Assembly (NCBI GenBank): GCA_046563655.1 | Contig: CM102288.1 | Location: 2,914,001 to 2,978,000 of the forward strand | Length of the DNA: 64,000 nt | Direction: 5' to 3' | Origin: Yuukianura sp. NJ FZ-2021 | Lineage: Eukaryota | Shown here: piece after piece, positions 13,665 to 25,417 of the stretch | How positions within the stretch are numbered: the first letter of the stretch is position 1 | Layout: every line of letters starts with the position of its first letter | Notes under the pieces: generated by a model | Databases searched by the model: none | Seen by the model: only the letters and a program-made list of their open reading frames with translations | What the model was told of the DNA's origin: nothing | Translations under genes and position numbers: made by a program

Positions 13665-16075
13665 TTAGTCGACTTCTTCCATTCGGGACTTGTCTTCCTC
13701 TCCGGTTTCCAAATCTGGGAGGTCAACATCTTTGTCCTCAGTCTCAGCCTCAGAAGTTCCTGGAAGTTCGTCTTCATCAATTCCCAAACCAAGTTTGATC
13801 ATACGGTAGATGCGACTGGCATGGATCTGAAAAGGTAAAACGAAAAATTAATTTTTTTGAAAACTTCGCAAACATTTTTTAAACTTTCAGTTGAAAATTT
13901 TTACCTGTGGATCCTCCAGGCTAAATCCACTGCTCAACAAGCTGGTTTCAAAAAGAAGCATGACCAGATCCTTGACTGACTTGTCGTTCTTGTCAGCATC
14001 AGCCTTGGCTCGGAGACTCTCGACGATTGGATGGTCTGGATTGATCTCAAGATGCTTCTTGGCTGCCATGTAACCCATAGTGGACGAGTCGCGGAGAGCT
14101 TGAGCCTTCATGATACGTTCCATGTTGGCGGTCCAGCCATACTGAGAAGTGACAATGCAGCAAGGTGAGTCGACCAATCTGTTTAAATAAAAAAAAACGT
14201 TTTTACAACAGTTCAAAGAACGATGGCGAGGAAAAACAAATGAAAACTCACCGGTTGGAAACGACGACTTTCTCAACTTTCTTGTCCAGAATGTCCTTCA
14301 TGACTTTGCAGAGTCCCTCAAACTTGGCCTTGGCTTCTTCGAACTTCTTCTTTTGCTCTTCATCTTCTGGAAGTTCCAGACCTTCCTTGGTGACGCTGAC
14401 AAGTTGCTTTCCGTCGAATTCCTTGAGTTGTTGAACGACGTACTCGTCAATGGGTTCAGTCATGTAGACAACTTCGAAGCCACTCTTGCGAACACGCTCG
14501 ACGAAGGCGCTGTGAGAAACGACATCCTTGGACTCACCGGTGATGTAGTAGATATGCTTCTGGTTCTCCTTCATTCGTGAAACGTAGTCAGTCAGAGAGC
14601 ACATCTCGTCTCCAGAAGCAGAAGTGTGGTAACGCAGGAGCTCGCTCAACTTCTTCCTGTTCTGGGTGTCTTCGTGGATGCCAAGCTTCAAGTTCTTCTG
14701 GAATTGTTCGTAGAACTTCTTCCAGTTCTCCTTGTCTTCGGCAATTTCATCAAACAGTTCCAAGCATTTCTTGACCAGGTTCTTGCGGATGACTTTGAGG
14801 ATTTTGTTTTGTTGAAGCATCTCACGAGAAATGTTGAGCGGCAAGTCTTCGCTGTCAACAACTCCTTTGATGAAGTTCAGATACTCGGGAATAAGATCTT
14901 CGCAGTTGTCCATGATGAAGACACGTCGAACGTAGAGTTTGATGTTGTTCTTCTTCTTCTTGTTCTCGAAGAGATCGAATGGAGCTCGTCGTGGTGCGAA
15001 GAGGAGAGCACGGAATTCCAATTGACCTTCAACGCTGAAGTGTTTGACGGCCATATGATCTTCCCAGTCATTGGTCAAGCTCTTGTAGAATTCTCCGTAC
15101 TCTTCCTGGGTAATGTCATCCGGGTTGCGGGTCCAGATGGGCTTGGTCTTGTTCAGTTCTTCATCCTCGATGTACTTCTCCTTGATTTTCTTAGTCTTCT
15201 TCTTGTCCTTCTTCTTATCTTCGTCTTCATCATCATCATCAACGTCCTCGACCTTTGGTGTATCTCCATCTTCATCACCTTCCTTCTTTACTTCTTCGAC
15301 CTTCGCAGCCTCCTCATCTTCAACTTCCTTCTCACGCTCCTTCTCAACGGCCAATTTGATTGGGTAACCAATGAATTGAGAGTGCTTCTTCACAATCTCT
15401 TTGATCTTACGCTCCTGCAGTAAACAGAAAAGTTGGAATAAACTAAAATGTTAAAAATTATAATTCTGTTTTCTGCAATTAATTGACTTTGGTTTGATTA
15501 CTAACCTCGCAATACTCGGTCTGGTCTTCCTTCAAAGTGAGGATAATCTTGGTTCCACGGCCAATGCTTGGTCCATGATCTGGACGAATAGTGAAGCTTC
15601 CACCGGCACTGGATTCCCAGATGTATTGCTCATCATCATTGTGCTTGCTGATGACTGTTACTTTGTCAGCGACGAGGTAGGCAGAGTAGAAACCGACACC
15701 AAATTGACCAATCATTGAGATGTCAGCACCGGCTTGAAGGGCCTCCATGAAAGCCTTTGTTCCAGATTTTGCAATGGTACCGAGGTTGTTGACGAGATCA
15801 GCCTTGGTCATTCCAATTCCAGTATCGGTGATGGTGAGAGTCTTGGCTTCAGTGTTGGGCTCGATCTTGATGCAAAGGTCCTTTCCGGAATCCAACTTGC
15901 TGGAATCGGTGAGTGACTCATAGCGTATCTTGTCCAGAGCATCAGAAGAGTTTGAGATCAATTCACGAAGGAAGATTTCCTTGTTCGAGTAGAATGTATT
16001 GATGATGAGGGACATGAGCTGAGCAATCTCAGCCTGGAAGGCGAAGGTCTCAGTCTCCATCTTCTCGTCTACCAT
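13665..16075 (-). CDS. Hsp83: Cytosolic Hsp90 (Hsp83)
   Basis: [52 protein letters not shown], charged linker and C-terminal MEEVD (stop 13665-13667). An intron ends immediately before the ATG (donor ~16286), as is typical for hsp83/HSP90. Confidence 0.98.
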
Positions 16076-16431
16076 CTAAAAAGATACAAAAAGTAAAAAT
16101 TAACTTCAATTCGAGTTCACAGTTAAGTTACTGCTTTAATCAGCAATTAGTTAAATAATCATAAGAACTGAACAAAGAGGAACAAAGAATTGCCGGGTCA
16201 CGGCCACGGCTTCCCGAACCGCGTTTCGCTCCGTTTTTTCAAAGCAAATCGTAGTGACACTTGATTTGTATGATATACAAACTTACGTTGATGATTAGTA
16301 ATCAAGAGTGTGACTCAAAACGTTGAAATTCGAAGTAAATTGTACGGTAAGCACCGTTAAAATTCACGACAGAAACGACGTCCAACGACACAATCTCAAG
16401 AAATGAGGGCGAGGAACTCTCTTCCACTGGC

Positions 16432-16472
16432 TTTTATGCATTGAATTTGTTCTAGAAAGTTCCAGAAAGTTC
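16432..16472 (-). promoter_or_regulatory. Hsp90 promoter: TATA-like CATAAAA plus a perfect 5-unit heat-shock element
   Basis: TTCtaGAAagTTCcaGAAagTTC at 16450-16472 (alternating nGAAn units), directly upstream of GCATAAAA on the - strand (16432-16439). Confidence 0.9.
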
Positions 16473-16812
16473 TATACAAGATTCTTATGGGAGAGAGGCG
16501 AGGAACGAGGAAGGGGGTGCGGAAATTTCAAAATGAAATTCCACGCGAAATCCGTATGATTCACACTTCACCAAGTGTCGGCACTAAATATTCGTTTCAG
16601 TCCACAGGAATCTGATCAGATGTTTGATTTCCCACACTAATTGTGACCGCTGGTCTGCTCATTGTCAATTAATCAAGCCATACCCGATAAACTTACTACT
16701 ACTATTACCTACCAGTAATAATAGTATTACTAATAAATATATAATTTATTACAAATTGTATCAAGAGCTTAAAAATTTACTTGGTTTAAACTTCCAGCTA
16801 CTGTATTAGGTA

Positions 16813-17088
16813 TTTTTTTTTTTTTTTATTGTATGTAGCCGCTCCCTACGGGCCCGAAGCCCATGGAGCCAAAAAATCATTTGCCTCTAAACGGGTCACA
16901 GGGAGTTCGAATTACAGGATCATGCATTATCGTCTTGATGGAAAGCTGAAGTTGAGAAATTGCTCAATAAGGCTAAATCAGGGTCACATTTCTTTGTGTT
17001 GATGAGCTGTTGAGTTGGGAATGTGCTAACTGTTACAATGTTACAATGATCAGCTTCTAACTCTAACTCAATTTGGGAAAGTTCAAAG
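16813..17088 (-). mobile_element. Short poly(A)-tailed retro-insertion (5'-truncated LINE or SINE) with 14-bp target-site duplication
   Basis: T15 at 16813-16827 reads ...CATACAAT-A15 on the - strand, with a GC hairpin GGGC-TTCGG-GCCC just before the tail. Flanks are TACTGTATTAGGTA (16799-16812) and TACTATATTAGGTA (17089-17102). Confidence 0.75.
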
Positions 17089-17297
17089 TACTATATTAGG
17101 TAGGAAGGCTGTATTCTTGAAAAATTAATTATAACCTACCAAAAATTTAAATGAATTTATGAATTATCAAGATCTAACATGGATTAATTGACTATTATAA
17201 CTTGAGGGAGATGAATACATACAAATGTCCGAAATCCACTATGGTAGATATTGTCATTTAGAGTGCCGACAATTGTTTCATTTTCTAGATGCGTCTC

Positions 17298-17421
17298 GAA
17301 TCTTCTCGAATTTTCCTCATCGATCGAATGGAATGAGAAATTCCCACGTGGAGTTCAGTAGCCGCCTATTGCTAATTTTATGGTTTAATTTCGTAAAATG
17401 ACAATGAAGAATCTTCCAGAA
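17298..17421. promoter_or_regulatory. Distal heat-shock elements
   Basis: GAAtcTTCtcGAAttTTC at 17298-17315 and GAAtcTTCcaGAA at 17409-17421. Confidence 0.7.
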
Positions 17422-17959
17422 TGATTTAATCTAGAGTATGATCAAACTAATTCCAATGGTTCCCATTAATAATTTTAGTCATTTTTATCTTTCCAAGCTA
17501 AATTCACTTGGTTTTGTTCGATCTTATGAATTTCCAATGTCATAACTCAGGAAAATCACAACTAGTAGTAGTGATTGATAATTCGATGCGTTTCTATGTT
17601 CTACTAATTTTTGAATTAGTAAATTATGTTGCTACTCTTTTATGCTAATTATAGTTAAATTTAGTTTTGTTAATATTTTTGTTCTGTCTCATTCTTACAG
17701 GATGGAGAGGGAATTCGGAGCTATATTGCGCGCGAAGCGTTTTAGAATGTTAGAAAAAGAGAGAAAAACATAAACAAAACAAATTGATCAACTTCGTTCA
17801 AGGGTCCTCAACCTCAACAGTGTTGAGTCAACACTGAACATTGAAGATTTAATTAATCTAGGGAATTTAAGTAAGAGGTAAGATAAGAACTATCAAAAAA
17901 TAATTAGACTGACGAAGTGACTCTAGTTTGTTCTTTGTTGCAGGAATCGTGAATGAGTA

Positions 17960-18705
17960 ATGTCGAAAAGGCTACCGCCGAAACCGTTACCGAAGAATCC
18001 GATCGTCAGAAGAGGACTTGGAGGAAGGCCAGTTGATTTGTCTCAATGTTTTTGTGCATGTAGCGGTCGGGGTTGCGGATGTGCCGGGGTTGATGGAGGC
18101 TCAATGTCAAATCCGCAATCTGGACGATCATCTTCATCCTTGAATTCCAATTGTCATCGAGGTCGAGGCATTGACAAGTCGCTGGGAATTCCACGGGCAA
18201 ATTCATCCAAGACTCACGAAAAACTTGTCCAGGAAGCGATCCAAAACATTTCCAGTCTACCTCAAAAAATTGAAGAAACTGTCACCAGGAAAGCTCAGCT
18301 TCCGAAGTTTCAGAAAACTTTGATGCACAAGGTAACTTCTGGAACAATTAAGAACGTATCAAAATTGAAAAGACTGACATGTTTCTCCTAAAACTACAGG
18401 CGACGATGGTTCTAAATGTTCCGAAAAATGGCAAGATATACCACGATCTTCTGGACATTGAAACTGTACCACCGATTCAAGTCAAAAGGGCAGCACCAGT
18501 TGAACCGAAGCAACTTGACCCGGTACCTCTAATTACGGATTACAACAAACCAGAGTACATCCGGATACCACCACCACCTCCACAAGTTCCATCTCTTCCA
18601 AGAAGGGAACGACGACGTCCGAATATCATAGATCTCAACTCTAACTTCGATCGGAACGACTTACTCCAGTACGAACGGAGATTCTCATCAATGCAGCCTT
18701 ACTGA
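17960..18705 (+). CDS. Uncharacterised protein (Cys/Gly cluster, Pro-rich C-terminal part), 2 coding exons
   Basis: ORF 17960 (MSKRLPPKPLPKNP...CFCACSGRGCGC...) joins ORF 18379 via a GT-AG intron at ~18332-18399. Upstream GT/AG signals suggest non-coding 5' exons (~17701-17880). Confidence 0.55.
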
Positions 18706-18843
18706 GCAAACTCTGTAAGTTGTAATTAAATATTTTTATTTTCTTGATGTTCATACCAAAACGAGTCCCATTTGCATCTTTAGTACATAAAACAACATCC
18801 GCTTTGAGCAAACAAACAATCATAAACGTAAGTAAAAAATAAG

Positions 18844-21800
18844 TTAAAGAAGAGATTTTGAGCCAAACGTTGGTTTTGCCTTGTTCGACTGATTGTGATG
18901 GGCCACCAGTAAATTCAAGTACTGGACCCACTCTGCAGCATTTTTTCCATCCTTTGGTTTGAGCACATACGTTTTCTCTTCGGTCGTAAATATTTCAAAG
19001 GCCTTTGGAATGTTACGGTGTGAACGGGAAACACGGACGGATCGAATTTGGGCCAAATCCAATGTGGTCAAAATGGAACTCTGAAATTACAATTATTCCC
19101 TTAGAAAATGCTGTTTGCAGTATACTACTATATAAAAAATACTATTTGTAAATAGTATATAGTAGGTATTTTTTCACTCAATTTAAGTATTTTTACATGC
19201 ATTACGCGATCTCTGCAGCTAAGTTGGCCTCCCGAGAGAGTGAAGTATCTAGTCCTCCATCTTTTGAACAGTCGCCATTTCCCTTTCTTCTCTTTCATTT
19301 CTCCCTCAATGACAGGATCAGTATCACTCAAAATGTCGGCAGCTTTTTCTGGATGGTTGCACAAAAAGCAACCCCATTGCTTGTATCCTCCATTAAAACT
19401 GAATAGGTCAAAGAATCCACAATTTCGTAGCTCAGCAAGTAAGTTTTCGTGGTCCTTCAAAAAACAAGGTCAGGGGGTCAAGGTTCATTAGCGTCTTCAA
19501 TTTTCAGTTAAAACTTTGTCAGTTCAAACTTACCCGACTACTTGGAAATGCCGAAGTTACAAGCGTCAGAAAACTTCTGCTTTCACATTTCAAAATGTCC
19601 CAACAGTTCTTCAAACTGCTCACTGATGGCTCCCGAGTACTGAGAGCTGCAACGGAGCGTGACTGAAGAGCTAGGAACATAATGTGAATCCAGATTCGGG
19701 GATAAGCAGTCTTGACAGTAAAAAGTCCATTAGCGAATAAGCAGTGTCGAGTCGATCGGTCCTGACATGCAAAATGTAGTTTTGCAATTTTTCGGGACTT
19801 TCTCTCTAAAAACAACAAAATTCAAACATGTCATCTTATAAATTGATTGACTAAACAAAACAACTCACCTTCGATTGTACATTTGACAGGAAGCGGGACC
19901 TTGACACTTAGTTTCTCCATGTAGCTTTTGATCTTGTCCAAATGCTTCTCACAGAAATGCTGGACAGTATCCCGCATTGGGTAAGGTTCAAAGACGCTGA
20001 TTCTCTAAGAGTTGCACGAAAATTTTTAAATCTTGCAAAGAGGAAATGTTATGTTTGAAGTTTACTTACGTTGCCGCCATTTCCAGGATCCATTTCTGGT
20101 ACTGTAATTTCAGTTTTGTAAAGATCTGGCTGACTTTGGATGACATGAGGCGTCGGAGGGAGTCCTTTGAGTAAACTGGCCTTGCTCGCTTTGTTACTCA
20201 AATTGGAATGAGTAGTACTCAGCGTCTGCGCAGAAGCCAGTGAAGTCAAGTGTGAAAACGAACGAGTAGCTTGATACTGCGGTGGATTGAAATGGTGGAG
20301 ATGATTTTCTCCAGGACTTGAAGCCATTGGTATGCTCATGCCACTGAAAAAAGTACACCAAAAATAAGTACAAGAAATTATGTTAGGAACGAAAAGATGT
20401 CGTTTCTTCACCTCGTCGATTTGGAATACATTTGTTGTGGAAGTGTCAAAGGTCGTCCAGCATGTCCATGCCCATGCAGTTTCGTCAGACTTTTATGTAG
20501 ACTTGGTCCTTGCAGTCTTCCTCTGTTCAGTTCCATTCGATTTCTAACGAGTCTTGAACTGGGTGAATTTGAGTGTGAGATGCCAGTGTATTCGTGATTC
20601 TGGTTGACCCTGATCAGTGTCACACCGTTGTTTGTGTTGATGACATTGTTGTTTTGCTGATAGAACGTGAATTGAGTGTTGTTATTGGCTAGAAGAAGAG
20701 GGTGGGTTTGGTGGATCCTAAACACAAAGATTTGAACAATAAGTCAATTCAAACGTCATTTTTAAACAAAATGTACCCAGTTCCGCTGAGTTTCTCCAGA
20801 AGTGGCATATGACACGAATTGGAACAGAGGAAGCGAAGACGTTCGATAATCGACGGATTTACTAGCAACGGATTGGATTGGCACAGGAAGATCACTTCGC
20901 GCAAAACATGACTCTGACTGGGAGGTTCCATATCCTTGTTTAGAAGATTGACCAATTGTGACAACGCTTCACTACTTTTGTCCTTGAAAGACACTCCAAT
21001 ACTTCTCATAACTTCAGCCACAGTCCCAATGCAGTTGATATTGACATCCGCAGTGGCCTTGATTTTACTCATTTGCTCCGCTACGAGTCTCGACGAAGTG
21101 GACATGGCCAGGAAGACGTGCAGTGCTGGACTGGTAGTTTGATACAGTTTTAGACAGTCAAGAAGTTGAGGTAGGGACGGTTCTAGTAACTACAACGTAA
21201 ATAGTCAATAAAGTGACGATGAAATAATAATATCCTTGTGTAATCGAAAGTTAATGAAGCCATAAAAGTTACCATTGCATTGTCTTGGGCGACAAGAGCA
21301 AAGAGTTGGAGCAGAGCCAACTTATCATTGGTTTCATTGGTTTTTGGCAGGATGCAGGCCAAGGCCATGACATGCTCTTGAATTCTCTCTCGATTTAGGT
21401 TGTAGATTTGAGGTAATACTCGAGCCAGTGGATAGTTTCCTGGAAGAGGCACGTTTGTTTCAACTTTTTAAAAAATCACTTTTCAAAATTTTGATTTCAT
21501 TACTATACCTCCAATGACGCTGTCAATGATTGGTTGGACATATTTGGCCAGCAAATCTGGATTCTCAAGGGCCCCCAGTAGATTCAAGTAGCAAGTGACG
21601 TTTCGGACAAGCTCTCGGTTTCCCTTGTGCAAAAATTTGACTGCCACTGGAAGGGCTTCTCGCATGACATTTCGATTTGTGTAATTCTGAAACAAAAATG
21701 TGCAAAACATTTTTTAAAACATTGTTTAAAAAAGGTAGTGCACTCTTGAGAACTTACGATAAACAGGCAAGCTAGGATGTCAGACGCAATTTTTGCATGC

Positions 21801-22267
21801 GGCGGATACTTTGTGCCTGGAGTAGAATGTTTGAGGTCAAAGTTGAGACATGTAATCAGTATTGAAACCAAGTTGTCACAAGTTGTATTGATCAGATTCA
21901 GCTCCCTGTTCAAAGCACACAAACATTAGAAAGCCATGATTAATTCTTGATCTTGATTGAAAACTTACCCAACACAACTTGTAACCCTTGCAACGACAAT
22001 TTCCACAACGCTTTGATCATTCTCATTGTGAAGGTACGCTTCCTGTCCAGCCACTTCCCGAATCTTGTCCAACACTTTCGGTAGATCCGGTATTATCAAG
22101 GCATCCGGAAGGAGGAAGAGGTCACCTGCCTAAAACACACCAATTTGTACTCAATTCATTCGGCATCATCTAATTCATAGGATTTCCAAAGTGGTAAACA
22201 ATTTCCTCGAAACGCCTACCTTGGACAGGTCCTTGTCATCCAATACTTGCCTAAAAAGATCATGCAT
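18844..22267 (-). CDS. melt: Melted / VEPH1 (ventricular zone-expressed PH domain protein)
   Basis: N-terminus MHDLFRQVLDDKDLSKAGDLF...NENDQSVVEI; internal PPHAKIASDILACLF and ALPVAVKFLHKGNREL; C-terminal PH domain IEGEMKEKKGKWRLFKRWRTRYFTLSG...IPKAFEIFTTEEKTYVLKPKDGKNAAEWVQYL. Confidence 0.92.
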
Positions 22268-23312
22268 TTCGTGCCGGTATGAGAAGCGGGTATTCCGTCA
22301 CTCTCCCGGATTCGGATCCAGCCAGAACCAGTAGCCTACTGCCACCACTATCATCCCTCCGTGTGTCATGCGCTTCCAACAACTGTTACACAAATAGCCA
22401 CCACCACCGAATTATTGATCTTCGGTATCTCGTCTCCTCTCCTGTGCTTTCTGCTGGAGAATAATCCCACTTTGACTTCGTCAGCCTCCTCGCAACTAAC
22501 ATCAAAATTCAATAAACTTTTACTCAATTATTCAATTTAAACCGACAATTCAATTTTAACAATAAAGTAAACCCCTTTACCTGTTTAGTACCAAATCACG
22601 CACAATTTACCAGTTAGTGAGTCACCATAAACGTTGTTGTTACTGTTCAGTACACATCCTTAACATCAATCCAATTACTAAATTAGTGTAAAGTTAACAA
22701 GCAGCTGATTGTTGAAAAGTGAAAACTTCACGGACTTCAACGCTGCACGAAACAGCTGATGAGTGACACTTTAGTTTGACAGCTCAAAACTTACCGTAGT
22801 TGAACAATTACTTTTTTCAGAGTTAATTGTCGTTAATCGGTGACAAATGCAGTGACAATTATTAATGGCTCAGACAAAATGGGTTTACTGAACTACCCCG
22901 TTGCTGTATTTTCTACCGAAGAAACTTTTTATGTGAAAGTGAAAATATTGCATTGTTGCCAGAAAGTCGTGTAGTAAGAGCCAAGTGTGAAGTCATCAGG
23001 AATTTTCACACCTCCACAATAACCTCCTCCACACAGTAAGTTTAAGCACTCGCGTCGTTGTTTTGCTAAGTCAAGAAAAAATACTAAATGCTTTACAAAT
23101 AACTTATTTTTTTTTGACAAAAAATGACAATGGTGACACTAATCGAAGGTGATAAAAAGAGTAATCAGCGTCTAATAGTTATGTTGAGGTTACTTTTTAG
23201 TTGGTGAGCTACTTTCGAACTAGGCTGGACCGATGTGTCATCTTTTTAGGCCAATGTCAATTGATTAATTAATGTTCCCATTGTTGTTGTTTTTTGTGTA
23301 AACAGGTGAATC

Positions 23313-24623
23313 ATGGCTACAAAACCTTCCCCTCCACCTAACTGTAATGAGAATCTGCCCGTGTACAAATTAGTAGTCGTTGGAGATGGAGGTGTCGGCA
23401 AAAGCGCAATTACGATCCAATTTTTCCAGAAACTATTTGTATCCGACTATGATCCAACAATTGAAGACTCCTATATCCAACACACAGAAGTTGATGGACA
23501 GTTGTGCGTACTGGATGGTATGTAAATCGCATAAAATCATGCGACCATGACCTTGTGTGCACAAGGCTTAAGAATTTGCTAAAAAGTAAAATTTAATTTT
23601 GATTTCAGTTCTGGATACGGCTGGACAAGAAGAATTTTCCGCCATGAGAGAACAGTACATGCGAAAAGGAGATGGATTTCTATTGGTGTATTCAGTTACA
23701 GACAAACAATCCTTTGACAACATCATGCACTTTTATGTTCAGATTCTTCGTGTCAAAGATAGGTAAGTCAACTTTCACTTCAACAAAAACAGCGGGAAAG
23801 TTACTTTGAAAAAAGGAAAATGGAGTTTTCTCCCAGAAATCGGAGCTGGATTATTCTCAAATCCAGGAGCATTTCCTTCCAGGAGGCCATCAATCAATCA
23901 CGTTGTCACACCAAGCACTGGGAGGTCTTTTACGCACGACTTCGTATAGCTTCGGTTCGGATGCTGGCAGCATCTCGGCTGGAGTTAACGCTTATTCAAA
24001 TAGAAAATTCCAATTACTTTTTTTTTTCTACAAAAGTCTGGTATTTCCACTTCCCTTCCCGCAGAGTTAGCAGCGTCCAACTTTCTCTTTTTTTTACTTT
24101 CTCCACTAGCTGCTCTTTTAAAAAAATCAAAAAGTAGAGAAAGTCAAACTTTTTTGTGAAATTTTACTAACGAGATCAGTTGACAGGAACTGGAGAAGTA
24201 GAAACTTGAAACTTAGAATTCCAACAGGGCAGAAAATGGTTCAGGAAAAAAAGTAATTGAAGTTATGGGGGCTTAACTTTAAAAAAAATGAAATGTCAAA
24301 ATTTTAATTTTGTTCGTTTTTGTAGAGATTCATATCCTATGCTCCTAGTTGCAAATAAAGTTGATCTCGTACACTTGCGAAAAGTAACGGAGGACCAAGG
24401 AAGAGAACTGTCACAAAAATTGAATATTCCATATATCGAAACGAGTGCTATGGTTCCTCTTAACGTGGATGCCACTTTCCATGAGGTAATTAACTAACTA
24501 ATTGATTAATTAAGTTGACTTAATTATTGTAATTTTTAATTGTAGGTTGTTCGTATCATTCGGAATTATCCACCGTCAGAGCTTGACCGAAAGAAAAAAG
24601 GTGGAAAATGCTCCATCGCATGA
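23313..24623 (+). CDS. MRAS: Ras-related GTPase M-Ras (R-Ras3)
   Basis: 4 exons give [75 protein letters not shown], and a polybasic C-terminus with CAAX ([10 protein letters not shown]). Confidence 0.92.
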
Positions 24624-25417
24624 ACAAAACCAATGAAAATGCAGAGGAACAGAAAATATGTACTCAAAAACTCATGTGGACTTCCGAAAAGCAACTCAAG
24701 TTGTTGTCTGAACTTTTTGCAAGTTTTTGCAAATTAGGCAACTAACGTAACTGCTAAAACTTCCTGAGATTTCTGTTAAAAAGTTATCAACTTCACAATA
24801 ACCAAAAACCTAGAAACAAAAACTCAAAGGAACCCCAAATCCCCATTTTTTCTGAAAAGTCAACTCGAATCTCAAGTTATAAAAAATTAACTTAATTTAT
24901 TTAATTTGACATGTTAATTACTTCACAAACTCTTTGATTAATTAGTTTCAAAATATTTCTGTTGTTCATTAATTTTTTGCCACAAACCACAATTGTTCTC
25001 CCCTTTTCCTAATTTCTGCAAACTTCATGGCATAAGTCCTCATTATGTTCATTACATAATTTATAATTTATGATTTATAATTTATAATTGTATAAAAAAA
25101 CAACAACAAAGGAGCTTTCAAATCCATTCAGACAACAATGTTTTTGAAATAATTTACACCAAAACTTAAGAAGTCGTAATTAAAGGATTGTAATTAAATT
25201 TGAATTGTCAAGCAACTTTTATAATTCGATTTTTCAGAATTCGCATTCGAATTCGAAGTTTTATGGCTTTCGAGTTTCGACTTTTAAGGAACTGCAGAGT
25301 AAGAAATAGTTGCTGTAAATTTTGAAGCTGAATTGCTAACTTGGACGGCAGTTTTAGTTTAAAATGAGCACATTTTTCTTACTTTTCTTGCGCTACTTTT
25401 GTAACGACGCTTTCAGG

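Noticed and set aside
14626..15423. 265-aa antisense ORF over Hsp90
   Set aside because: It mirrors the Hsp90 frame. Long antisense ORFs arise from codon bias in highly expressed chaperone genes, and there are no independent gene signals.
23820..24137. 105-aa ORF / possible alternative exon in M-Ras intron 2
   Set aside because: It has no similarity to Ras sequence, would disrupt the G domain, and has no convincing donor site.
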